Counted from the stretch's first letter, positions 25,258 to 39,200 are shown. The stretch is DNA of 64,000 nucleotides from Chiloscyllium plagiosum (GCF_004010195.1 NC_057719.1:66522066-66586065), one strand, 5' to 3'. The notes: a model not told the origin generated them from the letters alone. Numbers and translations: made by a program.

Positions 25258-25744
25258 TGCAAAATGCGACATGTTGTTCCAACAATTGTCCCAGCAACAT
25301 TCCATGGTTTAGCTTACTATAAAGAACACCTTCAACTTCCGCTTAATGCTTGCTTCTCATACATTAGTCCTTTCACTTTTCTTAAAGGGCAAAAGAAAAC
25401 CTAAAAATTAAGGAAATAGAAAGTCAGTCAGTGGAACCTGAAATTCACAGACTAGCTGTAACATCCCTGTGACTCTGTAGCCTGTCAATAGATGCAGTTA
25501 CTCAGATTGATCTGTTTTGAGCAGTGGCCTTAAAGGGACAACTCGAATTTGCAGTTAAACTTCAGTTTCACACCAATTGCAGGACAATCAATTGATACAC
25601 TTGTGACTTTAAAATGTTTCTCACATGAAGTGGCCTTGTGCTAGATTTTACAGGCCCAAATCCGCTCGGCCACCTCCCCCCCCCCCCCCCCCCCCGGGAA
25701 TTTTAAGTACAGGATACTGACCCGGGTGGCAATATAGCATCATC

Positions 25745-26600
25745 ATGCCAGAAACATAAAACAGGAATTGCTGGAAAACCTCAGCAGCATCTGTGGAAAG
25801 AAAGCAAAGTCCAGTGACCTTTCTTCAGAACTGACGGTGGCTAGGAAAAGGCTACTATTCACCCAGAAGATGGGGTCAGTGGGGAGGAGGGAGCAATAAA
25901 CTGTAGGTGGAGATACAGCCCAAAGAGAAAGAACAATTACTCCGAAAGAACAATTAATGCGTGGCATGGTAGCTCAGTAGTTAGCACTGCTGCCTTACAG
26001 CACCAGGGTCCTAGGTCGATTCCAGCCTCAGACAACTGTCTGTCTGGCGTTTGCATATTCTCCCCATGTCTGCGTAGGTTTCCTCCCACAGACCAAAGAT
26101 GAGCAGGTGACTTGGCCATGGTAAATTGCCCATAGTGTTAGGTGCATTAGTCAGAGGGAAATGGGTCTGGATGGGTTACTCTTCAGCCAAAAGGCCTGTT
26201 TCCGCACTGTAGGGAATCTAATCTAAAAACAACAATCGGATAGACAAAGGAATGGGTAAAGGTCAGCCTGGAAGAATGAATGGCTGTTAATGGGGACCAT
26301 TAGTGGCTGACACTGCGTTTTGTGTGATAGCAGCTCATGTGGAAACAAGGCCTGGTGTGGGGATTCAGTGGGGGAAAGCCACACAGGGGAAGGTGCTCAA
26401 ACCTTAAAAATGTTGAATTTGATAATAGGTCCAGAAGGCTATAGAGTGCCCAAACAGAAAATGAGGTGCTGTTCTTTCAGCTTGCGCCCAGCTTGACTGC
26501 AGCAATCCTGAGACAGAGATGTTGGCCAGGGTATATGAAGCGGTAGACACCTGGAAGCTTAAGGTCATTTTTGTCAGTGATGATGATGCCATCATGATGC
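25745..26600 (-). mobile_element. Old Penelope-like element 3' part (family B), interrupted by a SINE
   Basis: The minus strand near 26410-26490 reads KLKEQHLIFCLGTL*PSG, similar to the endonuclease C-terminus KLEEERLIFCLGTLQPQG at ~62175. It ends in the family B terminal repeat with ctgaagaaaggtcactggac. Confidence 0.7.
25960..26225 (+). mobile_element. HE1/V-SINE-type SINE nested in a Penelope fragment
   Basis: gtggcatggtagctcagtagttagcactgctgcc head through gggaatctaatct tail. Confidence 0.85.
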
Positions 26601-26793
26601 TCGGCTCTGTCATGAGCAGGTGCTAACATCTGTAGACCACCTGATATTTTTGAAACACCCCAGTAGGAAACAATTGAACTGGTTAAAGTGTCCTTGAATG
26701 CAATTTTTCATCATTTTTGTCTGAGATGAAAAGGTTTGGTTGTGTTTTATGGCAGATATGATGAGATTGTATATGAGGGGGTGAGGAAGATGC

Positions 26794-27318
26794 TGAAAAT
26801 GTGTTGCTGGAAAAGCGCAGCAGGTCAGGCAGCATCCAGGGAACAGGAGAATCGACGTTTCGGGCATAAGCCCTTATTCAGGAATGAGGAAAGTTTGTCC
26901 AGAGGGCTAAGATAAAAGGTAGGGAGGAGGAGAGGTGCAGGTGAATTTGTGGCGGATATGGAAGTTTCCTTTGGGGCCTTGGAGGGTGGTGAGGGGGGAG
27001 GTGTGGGCGCAAGTCTTGCACCTCCTGCGGTTGCAGGGGAGGGTGCCGGGAGTGGAGGTTGGGTTGGTGGGGGGTGTGGATCTGACGGGGGAGTCACGGA
27101 GGGAGTGGTCTTTACGGAATGCTGCTCGGGGGGGGGGGGGAAATATATCCTTGGTGGTGGGGTCCGTTTGGAGGTAGCGGAAATGACGGCGGATGATGCG
27201 CTGTACATGGAGATTGGTGGGGTGGTAGGTGAGGACCAGTGGGGTTCTGTCCTGGTGGCGGTTGGAGGGGCGGGGCTCAAGGGCGGAGGAGCGGGAAGTG
27301 GAAGAGACAGGGTGAGAC
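26794..27318 (-). mobile_element. Penelope-like (Neptune-type, family A) 5'-truncated, internally deleted copy
   Basis: ORF RTPLVLTYHPTN..PCNRRRCKTC..FTCTS with a Cys-rich linker. Terminal repeat has an HHR variant CTGAATA-agggcttatgccc-GAAACGTC (26854-26881). 16-bp TSD ggggtgaggaagatgc at 26778-26793 and 27319-27334. Confidence 0.85.
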
Positions 27319-29711
27319 GGGGTGAGGAAGATGCCTTGACGTATTTTTTTAGAAATAGATAGATTGATTTTATTCACAAGTGCCCTTGTTAAGGGTGACT
27401 AGGGATGACCAGCCAATGAACCTCACATCCCATGAGTGAAATGAAAGCAAAAGGAAAAGTCTTCCATGGGGGCCATAGCTGCAAATGACTTCTATTGGTG
27501 AAGGTGGCAGAGTCTTAACATGTTTTAACTTTTCTTTATTATTTTAAGTCTGCCATTAGGAGAAAGAGAGATTGAGAGAGCAGGGAACTTTTATATATGT
27601 AGCTGACTTGCTGTTCATTGTATAACACTTCAGCTACACAATATCTTACCCCACAGGGTAAAAGCACATGAAAAGTGAACGTTGACACTTGGAACTGACT
27701 GTACTGGAGCACCATTTTGAGGTGTACAGGACATGTCAGACCCATGTGTCTCATTCACAACTTTTACGAGTTTTTCCGTCTGTGAGCTTAGATTCCTTAG
27801 ACTCCTTTGCACTGCTAACTTGGCTGCTTTGTCACTGAGGCACTGCTAACTGCGATCCAATGTTTGATTCACTGCAATGTGAGATAGACACAAGTGAGCT
27901 GACCACACTCACTCCACCTCCCCTACTCTATTGATACACATAAAATATAGCTCCACAATTTGCTCTTGGGATTGCCTATATCTGACAAATAGGTTAGGGT
28001 TCACTTTACACTGTATTGTTTCTTTTCAGTCGCAAATTTTGGCAGATAACTAATACACATGAAAATGAGCCAGAAGAAAATAAAGTTTAAACAAAACAGT
28101 CCACTATGAAGTACCTTGCATGAAACATGTATTTTGCATTTGTTTGGAAACATAACCTTTTCAAACACACTGTATCTGTCTATACTACTTTCAGAGCTAT
28201 CTCAAACTCTTTACATTCTCTCCATTATGTTTTCTCTCTCTATCCTCTCAAATCTGAGGCACAAAACCTTGTGACTGAAAAATGACAACTGAAAATACTA
28301 TCCGTTGCAAGATTCATTTTGATGATATTAAGTGTTTACTGCTGTTGAGTTTCCTCTCCTAAATCCTCCCACTATTGCACGATCAACTTGGAGAACTCCT
28401 GGCTTCTTTTCTAATAGTCTATTGCCTCCTTCAAACCTCCTTCCTCATCTCTCCCCATCCATCCTATCACCTATCATCTCCAGCAACAAATGTGAGGAAC
28501 TGTTTTGCTTTTGTAATAAAGTGTCCCTTTCTTTTCTGCCCCTGACCTCAAGTCCTCTAACTGTAGGATTTTTGACTTCCCAACTCTGAAATTCCTTACC
28601 TTTCTGATCCATGTGCTCTCCATCAGACCTGTTTCTAACTTCCTCAGTCTATTCCTATTCTCTACCTAAAAGCTCAACTCGCTTGTTTGGCCCATGCTAT
28701 AGATGTTAGAAATAGTTATCTGTCCGTGGGCACTGTCTCTCATCATTTCGGAACAAATATTAGCTATTATCAATTTCTCCAAAAGTCCCTCCTTGACCAT
28801 TTTAATGTGGTCACTTACTGCCAGCATCCATTTTCTCTCTTAAGCCATCATTCTATACATTATAGTTATAGTTGTTCAGACATGTACATTTTTCCCTCAA
28901 AGATATACTATATTCATTTGTAAAATACCTTACTGACACTCATCCATCTGAACCAGCAGCAGATGACTATCCGGATTGTCACCCATCTTCTGCCCGCATC
29001 CTTCTTGATGGTCTCAGCAAGACATTCTGTGCAACAGATGAGCAACTTAGTGAAGAGAGGGCATTTCAACTTGAAAATTACACAGAAGCTGCACAAAACA
29101 TGTCTATATCCAACCTTTTTCACTATTACTTGTCTTAATATGATTGTTGTAGTTACATATAAATAGATTGTGGGTCAGGCATAAAGCCTGAAGGCAAAAC
29201 ATTTCAAATTGAAATTGACAATAAATGTGCAACAGAAATATATAGTTCTCTTTGCACCATTTCCACTCTGAGGTGCAGAGCACAATACTCTTGATATTAC
29301 ATTCATTGTCAGATAAACAGTTCAAGGCGTTCTACAGATTTGAGCCTTTTAATCTGCTATGTCTGTAAAGCCTTTAAACAGTAACCTTGTCCCATTGTCC
29401 CACTGCACCTCTGTGAAGGCTGCCTCATGCTTTTTAGCCCGTGGTTCAGGACTTTGGAATGTAACAATCTGCAGCATTTCGAGAAGGATAACTCTTGCAC
29501 TAAAAACACCAAGTTTAGGTTAGATAAAGGAACTTCTTTCACTGCATTGATTGTCTTCCAGCACAGTTGATGTTTTTCCAAGTATATATCCCTGTGAACA
29601 ACCCATAGAACAGAGAATTCTGTGTCGCAGAGCTGCTTTGGATAATTTTTGAGAAAAACTATTGCTTCTCTCTCCAGACCTTCCTTGTAAAGGCACATGG
29701 AACATATTGTA

Positions 29712-29802
29712 ATAGACTCTTCCTCATCACATCTGAATGTCTTTTAATTATTGTAACTGTACCTGCATCTACCACTTCCTCTGGTAGTTCATTCCACATA
29801 CA
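29712..29802 (-). mobile_element. CR1-type LINE fragment
   Basis: Minus ORF WNELPEEVVDAGTVTIIKRH. Confidence 0.7.
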
Positions 29803-30318
29803 AACCAAAAGTGTGAACTTGGCCACTTTGGCCGGAAAAATCAAAAAGCAGTATGGTATTTGAATGGGAAGAGATTTGACTGAGTTCCCTGAGAACATGG
29901 GCTCATTGTCCTTATTTTAAAACATTGAGACCGTTAATCATGTTGTCATTGTTGCTCTGCCTGAGATCAACTAATTAATTCAACCAATTCCAAAACCCTT
30001 TCAGTGCTTTTTAATGCACATCACGCTTATGTGAATTTCATTCTTATTGGTGTTTTGCTATCAGACAGAATTAAATTTTTTTTGGAAAGCACCAGAAAAA
30101 GTTTGGAAAGCACCAGAAAGAAACATATCACTGCTACATGGTGTGGCCTAAATATTATGCTAATGTCTCACTCTGGAGGTGACTGTTAATACCTTCATCA
30201 TAACTAGCAATAAGCAACTAGTACAGTTTTACAACATTGCATGCATGCCAAGAATAATTTTATATTAATGTTCTTCAGTATCAAATGCTTTTATTCAAAG
30301 TTTGCATTTCAATTGCAG

Positions 30319-30406
30319 ATTGTAAAGTTGCTGGATGGCAAACGTTCTCAGGCTGTGGGAATCTTCATATCAAGTCTACATCTAGAAATGAAAGACATTC
30401 AACAAG
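30319..30406 (+). CDS. FMN1: Formin-1 FH2 exon, 88 nt ([29 protein letters not shown])
   Basis: Acceptor aattgcAG|ATT (phase 0) and donor CAAG|GTatgc (phase 1). Contains the conserved FH2 motif LLDxKRSQxVGI. Confidence 0.96.
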
Positions 30407-31100
30407 GTATGCTTTGGGTGCTTGAGCAAAAAGTACAAGCCTATTTGATAGTTTATAAATGAAAGGTCCCAGCAACATAATGTTATGTGACGTTAGTTTG
30501 TGTTGAATGAAGGCAGCACAGAGACAGTGGCATCCTATTGAGAGCAACTAAATGCACTTCTCAGATTTAAGTGGAGATCGTGGACCAATAGATTCCTGGC
30601 CAGTGACAACTGATGGTGTTGACGCAAAATGCCTCTCCATTGTGGACGCTACCTGCTGCATGAAGATAGAAGGGATTTTACAAGACTATAAGTTGAGAAG
30701 CAGAAACCAGAGGGTGGGCTGTTTATAGAGGCTATGGAGTATTGATTAGGATATGTATAGCTGGTGGTCCATCCTGAGGGTATTAGATTGGAGAACCTGT
30801 TGGTTGAGCTTGAGGGGTGAACATTATTGTTTTAAATCTAAGCAGTCAGTGAAAGAGCTAAAATCATATCTAGGGTGATTGCAAGCCTAATGCTGTTGGA
30901 AACATGAGCATTGAAGGAATGATGCCTACTGAATGCCAGTCAGCTGTTGAAGATTTGACAGGTGAACATAGCTTATGTTGCTCAGCAAATCACAGGTGTC
31001 CGGGTCTTCAGTAGCCAGCAGCTTCTGGGCCCCAAGAACTGCAGTTGAGGCCTGATCTTTGTAGAATCCAGAGAATAAGTAATTTTTTTTACTTGTCACT

Positions 31101-31330
31101 GAAATAACTCCACAGTGGTCGGTATCCCATCACCAAGTCACCCTTTATTTACATATGAAGAGTCCTTGACGCTGATCCAGTTCCCTCAGAGTCAGCTCTC
31201 AGAGTGAACAGAATATTTGACATTCCTGTTTATATCTGTCAGCCAGGGCTCCCTAATTGGACCAGGTTAACAACTCCAATCAGGGAACTCATATTCTGAG
31301 GTCTACCTGTATGATCTCATTACAATCACT
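31101..31330 (-). mobile_element. Solo-LTR-like element
   Basis: The minus strand shows CCAAT, then TATAAA, then AATAAA in LTR order within 230 bp. Flanked by the direct repeat cttgtcact (31092-31100, 31331-31339). Canonical TG..CA ends are not clean. Confidence 0.5.
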
Positions 31331-31627
31331 CTTGTCACTTTTTGGGGGAATGTAGGTTGAAGGCAAGGGCAGGGGGACAGGGTTGCCTGTGGAGGGTAGC
31401 ACCTGACTCCTCCGCCAATAGCTCCAATTGTCTCAAGATTGAGAAAGCCCCAAAGCCATCATGCAAGTCACCCCACTTTCCCATCAGGAAACTAGACGCC
31501 TACTAGAAAGGCAGCTGATCAGTGTTATGGTTCACTGAGGTAGTACACTAGAAAGTGAGTCCCTTCCCAGAGTTGTCACCAAACCCAGATTGATGGAAGC
31601 CATGGACTGTGTTTCTGTATTGAACCA

Positions 31628-31810
31628 GGAGAAAGTGAGGACTGCAGATGCTGGAGATCAGAGTTGAAAATGTGTTGCTGGAAAAGCGCAGCAGGTCAGG
31701 CAGCATCCCTGGAGCAGGAGAATCAATGTTTCGGGCATGAGCCCGAAGAAGAGTTCTCCTGCTCTTTGGATGCTGCCTGACCTGTTGCGCTTTTCCTGCA
31801 ACACATTTTC
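31628..31810. mobile_element. Fold-back Penelope terminal-repeat mini-element (family A)
   Basis: Inverted arms are centred on ttcgggc-atga-gcccgaa (HHR stem II). 17-bp TSD gtttctgtattgaacca at 31611-31627 and 31811-31827. Confidence 0.85.
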
Positions 31811-31880
31811 GTTTCTGTATTGAACCATCAACATATAATAACTACTAATGAAAACTATAATCCCATTATAAACTCCCCTT

Positions 31881-32054
31881 CACTCACTCACACTCTCTCT
31901 CTCACACACACACACACTCTCTCTCTCTNNNNNNNNNNNNNNNNNNNNNNNNNNNNNNNNNNNNNNNNNNNNNNNNNNNNNNNNNNCACTCACTCACTCA
32001 CTCACTCACTCACTCACTCACTCACTCACACACACACACACACACAGACACACA
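31881..32054. repeat. (CT)n/(CA)n/(CACT)n microsatellite containing a 58-N assembly gap (31929-31986)
   Basis: Directly visible in the sequence. Confidence 0.97.
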
Positions 32055-35000
32055 GAAAAAGCTGGAAAGATAGTTCAGTAGTTTTTGTTCCTAGGTTTTC
32101 TAATTGAGATAATCCTACTGACGTTTCTGCTGGCCAGCATGTTGCTTCAGTCATTGTTCTCTGGATGCTTCCATTGGTTGGTAAGAGACACAGGCAGCAT
32201 CTACACCATGTGAATGAAATGCCAGAGAAAGTCCTGGTGGCCTTTGTATTTTCCTGTGCTAACTGTCCAAATTCCCTGCCAAATTACCTGGCAGCAGGAA
32301 TCTATAATGTCTAATGATAGCATCTGTTCATAGCAGTGCCTAGCAATTTAGCATTGCTATCTCTTTATGACATTTAACACTCCACAGATCCAGTGAGCTT
32401 TCTATTTAAGGTCCTTTAATCCCCTGCTGAGCAAGGGGCTTACCTAAATACAGTTTCTAGGTTTTTTTGTTTAATATCTAATGGGTTTCCATGTATTGCT
32501 CAGTATTAACAGCATTTGATCTATATAACTAATTGCTCTGGCAGTGTTTGGGCACTACATCTGGTCATATGTTATTATCTTATTTATGAGCAGTCTGAAG
32601 GCTTAAAATCCAACCATTGAATTTTCATTCCTGGCTTCTAATTTTCTATATCTACCACTAAAGCAATATCCAATTCTTGAATTCAAGATAAGCATCATGT
32701 ATAGTAGTCCGTTCTCTTAGTCTGGCAGAAAATATTGCATTGCACGTTTTATGTGTTCCAACATGTGTCTTGTCATTTTAACAGTTGTACCTTTGATTTC
32801 AACACTACTAAGGAAAAAGTTTTGAATACCTACAATCTGCATTGTATTATATAAATCTAGAAATAACTTATATGGATACTGATCATTGTTATTTGCTTCG
32901 CAACAAAACTACAACACAATAGTTTTCTTGACTTCTTGCATTTGTACCTTTCTATTGGAAAACAGCAAGTTAATAGGAAAATGGAGTCACATTTAACATT
33001 CAATGTATTTGACTTCGGTCTTGCAGCATTTGCTTGCACTATGAATAATTGAATCAGCCACCTTTTTTTTTACTCAGTTACTCGGAGAGCTTAAAGGACA
33101 GAAAATGTTAAAAAACATTATACATCAAAAGGCAGGGAGTCTGAGATGACCACAATGCATCATGATATTATGCTGTTACATTTAAAGAACATTCAGATAT
33201 TTCAACACTTTTGCTTCCTGCCCACCACTAACTCGACAGAAGTAAATACAAAGTGGCTGCTTTAACTTTAGGTCTGTGTTGCCAGCTAGCAAACAAAGGA
33301 ACCTGTTTGTACCACAAGGCATGTCCATTGTGTTGGCATCAATTTTAGTGATTGTACTTTGGGTTCAATTTGAATAATGGGTTATGGTTTAAGGTTTCTT
33401 AGCATTAACTTTCACTACACCCTGTTAGACCAGATTTGCTGACCCAACACTGAGCAAATCTACGAGCTTAAAAATATTTTCTTTGTTCTGAGTAACTTAT
33501 AACATGTGTTCTTTTGAAATTGCCTTGAAGATCAAGGGATTTAGTCTGATGAACCTAGGCCAGATCTGGTGCCAGAACCATTTGCTCATGACTTTGTGGG
33601 GCATAGGGTTCTGCTAGTCTCTCAACTGTATGTCAATCCTATCATAATTGTGCATCACAAATTACACAGTTACTGTGGGCTAATGGAAAGTCAGTCAGAC
33701 CAGGGACATCCTCCAGGGATTACTGTTTGGATGGCTGACATGTCCTATAAAGGTTGGCACAACAGGTCATGGAGTTAAGCCAAAAGGGATTTTATCACTA
33801 TGCTCATATTCCTCTTGCTAGCTGCCTTGGTGACAGTCTCCTCTGAACTTTACGAATGAAAATATAATTTTGTTCTCCTCTGTTGCCACATGAAGCATAA
33901 TCCCTCAGAAAGCTTTCCAGCTAGAAAAAAATAGATTGCATTTGAATGGTCCCAGAAAGTCTGAGGCAAGTGACTTTTGTGTAGTTGAATGATTTTTCTA
34001 AGTCACTAAATCAATAAAGAAAGACTTGGCAAAGGGGAGAAAAGCAGATTTTCCTTGCTGAATGTCAAAAGAAATAACAAACAAAAGAAGTGTTGCTTTG
34101 CTGCGGCTACCTGTGGAAAATATCTGAAAGAAAATGCTTCCAACAGAATCTACTTTGAATACAGCAGAATGACATATGAGCCTTTATGGATGGGCTAGGC
34201 TAAACGTCTTTTGAAAATAATTAGGTTTGTCTTCAGGCTCAGGATAGCATAAGTTCACACAATCAGTAAATTAATACAACCAAACCAAGAACATGTGGAT
34301 TCCAAATACTCTATTCGTTTTATGTGTCACAGTACATGAATTTAGTAAGAAACTGTTTTAATGCGTGTGCCTGCTAGTTTGTTAAGTGCACGATGCTGAT
34401 CTGTTTTTTGTCGTCAGTGACGGTTATTATAACCAAATGGGCACAATGCTACACTAATGATCTTTCTGTATATAAATTCTTGTTTTTGTGAGCGGACACC
34501 ATAGTGGCACAGGAAAATGTTTGCCTTAAATTACCTCAAAATAGATTTCAAAAGCCAGACTTGGCTGAGCAACAGTTTTTTCTAGTTACAAGAATCCAAT
34601 AAAATTACCAGTTCTTCACAGCATGTGTCTGCTTCCTTTCTATTTATCTTAAACTTTCAATAAAGTGGAAAATCTGAGCAGACAATGTATGTTTAGATTG
34701 CTAATAAGGATTTGTAACACATTAGATGGTGAACAGCCTGACAATGCAATTAAACATTTGTGGATGCAATTCCTCAGACTTTCTTGCAACAGTGTTACAT
34801 GTAATAACATTCAGAGCCAGAGAGAGTCTCACTTGAATCATTTTGATCTTGTAATACTAGCTGAATAAGTTTATCTGCAGTTGAGACACTGCATATTTGA
34901 GCAATCATTGTAGATGGGATGCACCACTTACAGGTCTTTAATATCCCACTTATTTCTGTAAAGCAAGTCATGTGGTTTAAAGCCATTGATATATTTATAT

Positions 35001-35101
35001 GTATTTGTGTGTTTATGTGAACAATAAAGATTTGAATTAAGTGTTATCTAACATAACATTGATCTTTACAAGTTAATGTGTCGTGTGCATTGTCATTTCA
35101 G

Positions 35102-35163
35102 CTATTTTATATCTGGACAACACTGTGGTGGATTTGGAAACACTTCAAGCATTGTATGACAAT
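35102..35163 (+). CDS. FMN1: Formin-1 FH2 exon, 62 nt (AILYLDNTVVDLETLQALYDN); not in ORF track
   Basis: Acceptor tcatttcAG|CT completes G+CT (Ala, phase 1). Donor AAT|GTAAGT is phase 0. The translation continues the FMN FH2 sequence (VVDLETL.ALY.N). Confidence 0.95.
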
Positions 35164-36255
35164 GTAAGTACTGACGCCATACAAAGCACAAAAACTCATA
35201 AAAAAGAACTTCACTAATTCTTTAAAACATATTATTAGAATTACTGGAATCCATTTAGTATATTAGTCTATTATTCATTTTGGTTTGGTACTGGATACAA
35301 TAACATTTTATACTGTTTCCACCATTGGACAACAAGTGAACACTTCCTAGTAAATAAGTATTATCATTAAGCTTTTGAATTTACTAAGTTAATTAATTCT
35401 GCAGTATCAAATGCTTTGATCACAAATTTAAATGTTTTTATTTCTGGAGTCCTGTAAACTGAAAGGTTAGGAAGGATTGTTTGGGTGGGGGGAGATGGGG
35501 ATATCCTGTAGCTGCTGAGTTTAGCCACTAATGACTTTGCTGTTGTTAGCAATGCATTCTTCAGTGTGTGCACTGATGCTACCTACAGTTCAGTGGAATA
35601 AATGCTATTAAGTGGCAAAACCTGAGATACGTGCTCCCATAGCACCATTTATTTCAGCAAAACAAGGGATGACTGTCATTTATTGTGAACATTACCTGCA
35701 ATTGGTGGCAATGAAGTGGTCTCACTGCTAGGAAAGCCGAAGAATATGGAGTGCATTATCAGTAGGGCTAACACTTGGAGAAAGTCTTAACAATAGCTAC
35801 AAGAAAGATCCAGAATCAAGCTACCATTGAAGTGTTCTCATCTGTTTAATAGTTTGCCTTTGTTGCTGCTATCCTTACACCATTTCCTTTGTCCTTCAGC
35901 AATCATTCTTTTTGTTCATTGCAAATCCTCAAACCTCACTATACCTCCCTGCTCCAATAGCCAGTGAACCAGGTATAACCAGGTTTGTACTGTAGGAAAC
36001 CTGACAAACAATTTCCACACAGGAGTTGTTGCATTGTCTTGGGATTGCAATCCAAGGACCCATGTAAGTGGTACAGTGGCCCTGGTTTCAATCTCACTGA
36101 GACAGCTGCTGCAATTTGAACTCAGCATTTGTAGCAGTGAGATAGAGTTGAGTGGTTTGCTCAACATATCCAGGAGCATTTTGTTGTGGATCTGAACTCA
36201 GATGTAGGCCAGATGAGGTCAGGCTGGCAGATATTCCTTGCATGTTCTGGATTCA

Positions 36256-39200
36256 AAGCCTGGTGAGGATTGGAGGCTAAGCCTGGTGAGGATTGGAGGC
36301 TAAGTTGGAGGCTAAGCCTGGTGAGGATTGGAGGCTAAGCCTGGTGAGGATTGGAGGCTAAGCCTGGTGTGGATTGGAGGCTAAGCCTGGTGTGGATTGG
36401 AGGCTAAGGCCGGTGTGGACTGGAGGCTAAGGCCAGTATAGACTGGAAGCTAAGCCTGGTATTAACTGGAGGCTACGCTGGTGTGGACTGGAGGCTAAGG
36501 CCGGTGTGGACTGGAGGCTAAGGTCAACGTACACTGGAGGCTAAGCCCAGTGTGGACTGGCGGCTAAGCCCGGTGTGGACTGGAGGCTAAGCCCGGTGTG
36601 GACTGGAGGCTAAGGCCAGTGTGGACTGGAGGCTAATGCCAGTGTGGACTGGAGGCTAATGCCAGTGTGGACTGGAGGCTAAGGCCAGAATAGACTGGAA
36701 ACTAAGCCTGGTATGAACTGGAGGCTACGCTGGTGTGGACTGGAGGCTAAGGCCAGTGTGGACTGGAGGCTAAGGCCAGTGTGGACTGGAGGCTAAGGCC
36801 AGCGTACACTGGAGGCTAAGGCCGGTGTAGACTGGAAGCTACGCCAGGTGTGGACTGGAGGCTAAGGCCAGTATAGACTGGAGGCTAAGGCCAGTGTGGA
36901 CTGGAGACTAAGCCCGGTGTTGGACAGGAGGCTAAACCCGGTGTGGACTGGAGGCTAAGGCCAGTGTGGACTGGAGGCTAAGCCCGGTGTGGACTGGAGG
37001 CTAAGCCCCATGTGGACTGGAGGCTAAGGCCAGTGTAGACTGGAGGCTAAGGCGAGTATAGACTGGAAGCTAAGGCCGGTGTGGACTGGAGGCTAAGGCC
37101 AGTATAGACTGGAAGCTAAGCCCGGTATTAACGTAGCTACGCTGGTGTGGACTGGAGGCTAAGGCCAGTGTAGACTGGAGGCTAAGGTCAGCGTACTCTG
37201 GAGGCTAAGCCCGGTGTGGACTGGAGGCTAAGCCCGGTGTGGACTGGAGGCTAAGGCCAGTGTAGACTGGAGGCTAAGGCCATTGTGGACTGGAGGCTAA
37301 GGCCATTGTGGACTGGAGGCTAAGCCCGGTGTGGACTGGAGGCTAAGGCCAGTGTAGACTGGAGGCTAAGGCCAGTGTGGACTGGAGGCTTAGGCCGGTG
37401 TGGACTGGAGGCTAAGGCCAGTGTAGACTGGAGGCTAAGGCCAGTGTGGACTGGAGGCTAAGGGCAGTGTGGACTGGAGGCTAAGGCCAATGTGGACTGG
37501 AGGCTAAGTCCGGTGTGGACTGGAGGCTAAGGCCAGTGTAGACTGGAGGCTAAGGCCAGTGTGGGACTGGAGGCTAAGGCCAGTGTAGACTGGAGGCTAA
37601 GGCCAGTGTAGACTGGAGGCTAAGGCCAGTGTAGACTGGAGGCTAAAGCCAGTGTGGGACTGGAGGCTAAAGCCAGTGTGGGACTGGAGGCTAAGGCCGG
37701 TGTGGACTGGAGGCTAAGGCCAGTGTAGACTGGAGGCTAATGCCGGTGTGGACTGGAGGCTAAGGCCAGTGTAGACTGGAGGCTAAGGTCGGTGTGGACT
37801 GGAGGCTAAGGCCAGTGTAGACTGGAGGCTAAGGCCGGTGTGGACTGGAGGCTAAGGCCGGTGCGGACTGGAGGCTAAGGCCGGTGTGGACTGGAGGCTA
37901 AGCCCCATGTGGACTGGAGGCTAAAGCCAGTGTAGACTGGAGGCTAAGGCGAGTGTAGACTGGAAGCTAAGGCCGGTTGGACTGGAGGCTAAGGCCGGTG
38001 TGGACTGGAGGCTAAGGCCAGTGTAGACTGGAGGCTAAGGTCGGTGTGGACTGGAGGCTAAGGCCAGTGTAGACTGGAGGCTAAGGCCGGTGTGGACTGG
38101 AGGCTAAGGCCGGTGCGGACTGGAGGCTAAGGCCGGTGTGGACTGGAGGCTAAGCCCCATGTGGACTGGAGGCTAAAGCCAGTGTAGACTGGAGGCTAAG
38201 GCGAGTCTAGACTGGAAGCTAAGGCCGGTGTGGACTGGAGGCTAAGGCCGGTGTGGACTGGAGACTAAGGCCAGTATAGACTGGAAGCTAAGCCCGGTAT
38301 TAACTGGTGGCTACGCTGGTGTAGACTGGAGGCTAAGGCCAGTGTAGACTGGAGGCTAAAGCCAGTGTGAGACTGGAGGCTAAAGCCAGTGTGGGACTGG
38401 AGGCTAAGGCCAGTGTGGACTGGAGGCTAAGGCCAGTGTAGACTGGAGGCTAATGCCGGTGTGGACTGGAGGCTAAGGCCAGTGTAGACTGGAGGCTAAG
38501 GCCGGTGTGGACGGGAGGCTAAGGCCAGTGTAGACTGGAGGCTAAGGTCAGCGTACTCTGGAGGCTAAGCCCGGTGTGGACTGGAGGCTAAGCCCGGTGT
38601 GGACTGGAGGCTAATGCCAGTGTAGACTGGAAGTTAAGCCCGGTGTGGACTGGAGGCTAAGGCCAGTGTAGACTGGAAGCTAAGCCCAGTATGAACTGGA
38701 GGCTACACCGGTGTGGACTGGAGGCTAAGGCCAGTGTGGACTGGAGGCTAAGCCCGTTGTGGACTGGAGGCTAAGGCCGGTGGACACTGGAGGCTACACC
38801 AGGTGTGGACTGGAGGCTAAGGCCGGTGTGGACTGGAGGCTAAGGCCGGTGTGGACTGGAGGCTAAGGCCGGTGTGGACTGGAGGCTAAGCCCGGTGTAG
38901 ACTGGAGGCTAAGGCCAGTGTAGACTGGAAGCTAAGCCCGGTGTGGACTGGAGGCTAGGGCCAGTGTAGACTGGAAGCTAAGCCCGGTGTGGACTGGAGG
39001 CTAGGGCCAGTGTAGACTGGAGGCTAAGGCCAGTGTAGACTGGAAGCTAAGCCCAGTGTGGACTGGAGGCTTGGGCCAGTGTAGATGGGAAGCTAAGTCC
39101 GGTGTGGACTGGAGGCTACGCTGGTATGGACTGACGGCTAAGGCCAGTGTAGATTGGAAGCTAAGGCCGGTGTGGACTGGAGGGTAAGGCCAGTGTAGAC

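Noticed and set aside
25676..25695. C20 homopolymer as a functional G4 element
   Set aside because: A simple run inside degenerate sequence; its length is unreliable and nothing else supports it.
30081..30120. 21-bp tandem duplication (ttggaaagcaccagaaa) upstream of an exon
   Set aside because: An ordinary slippage duplication about 200 nt from the acceptor, with no evident consequence.
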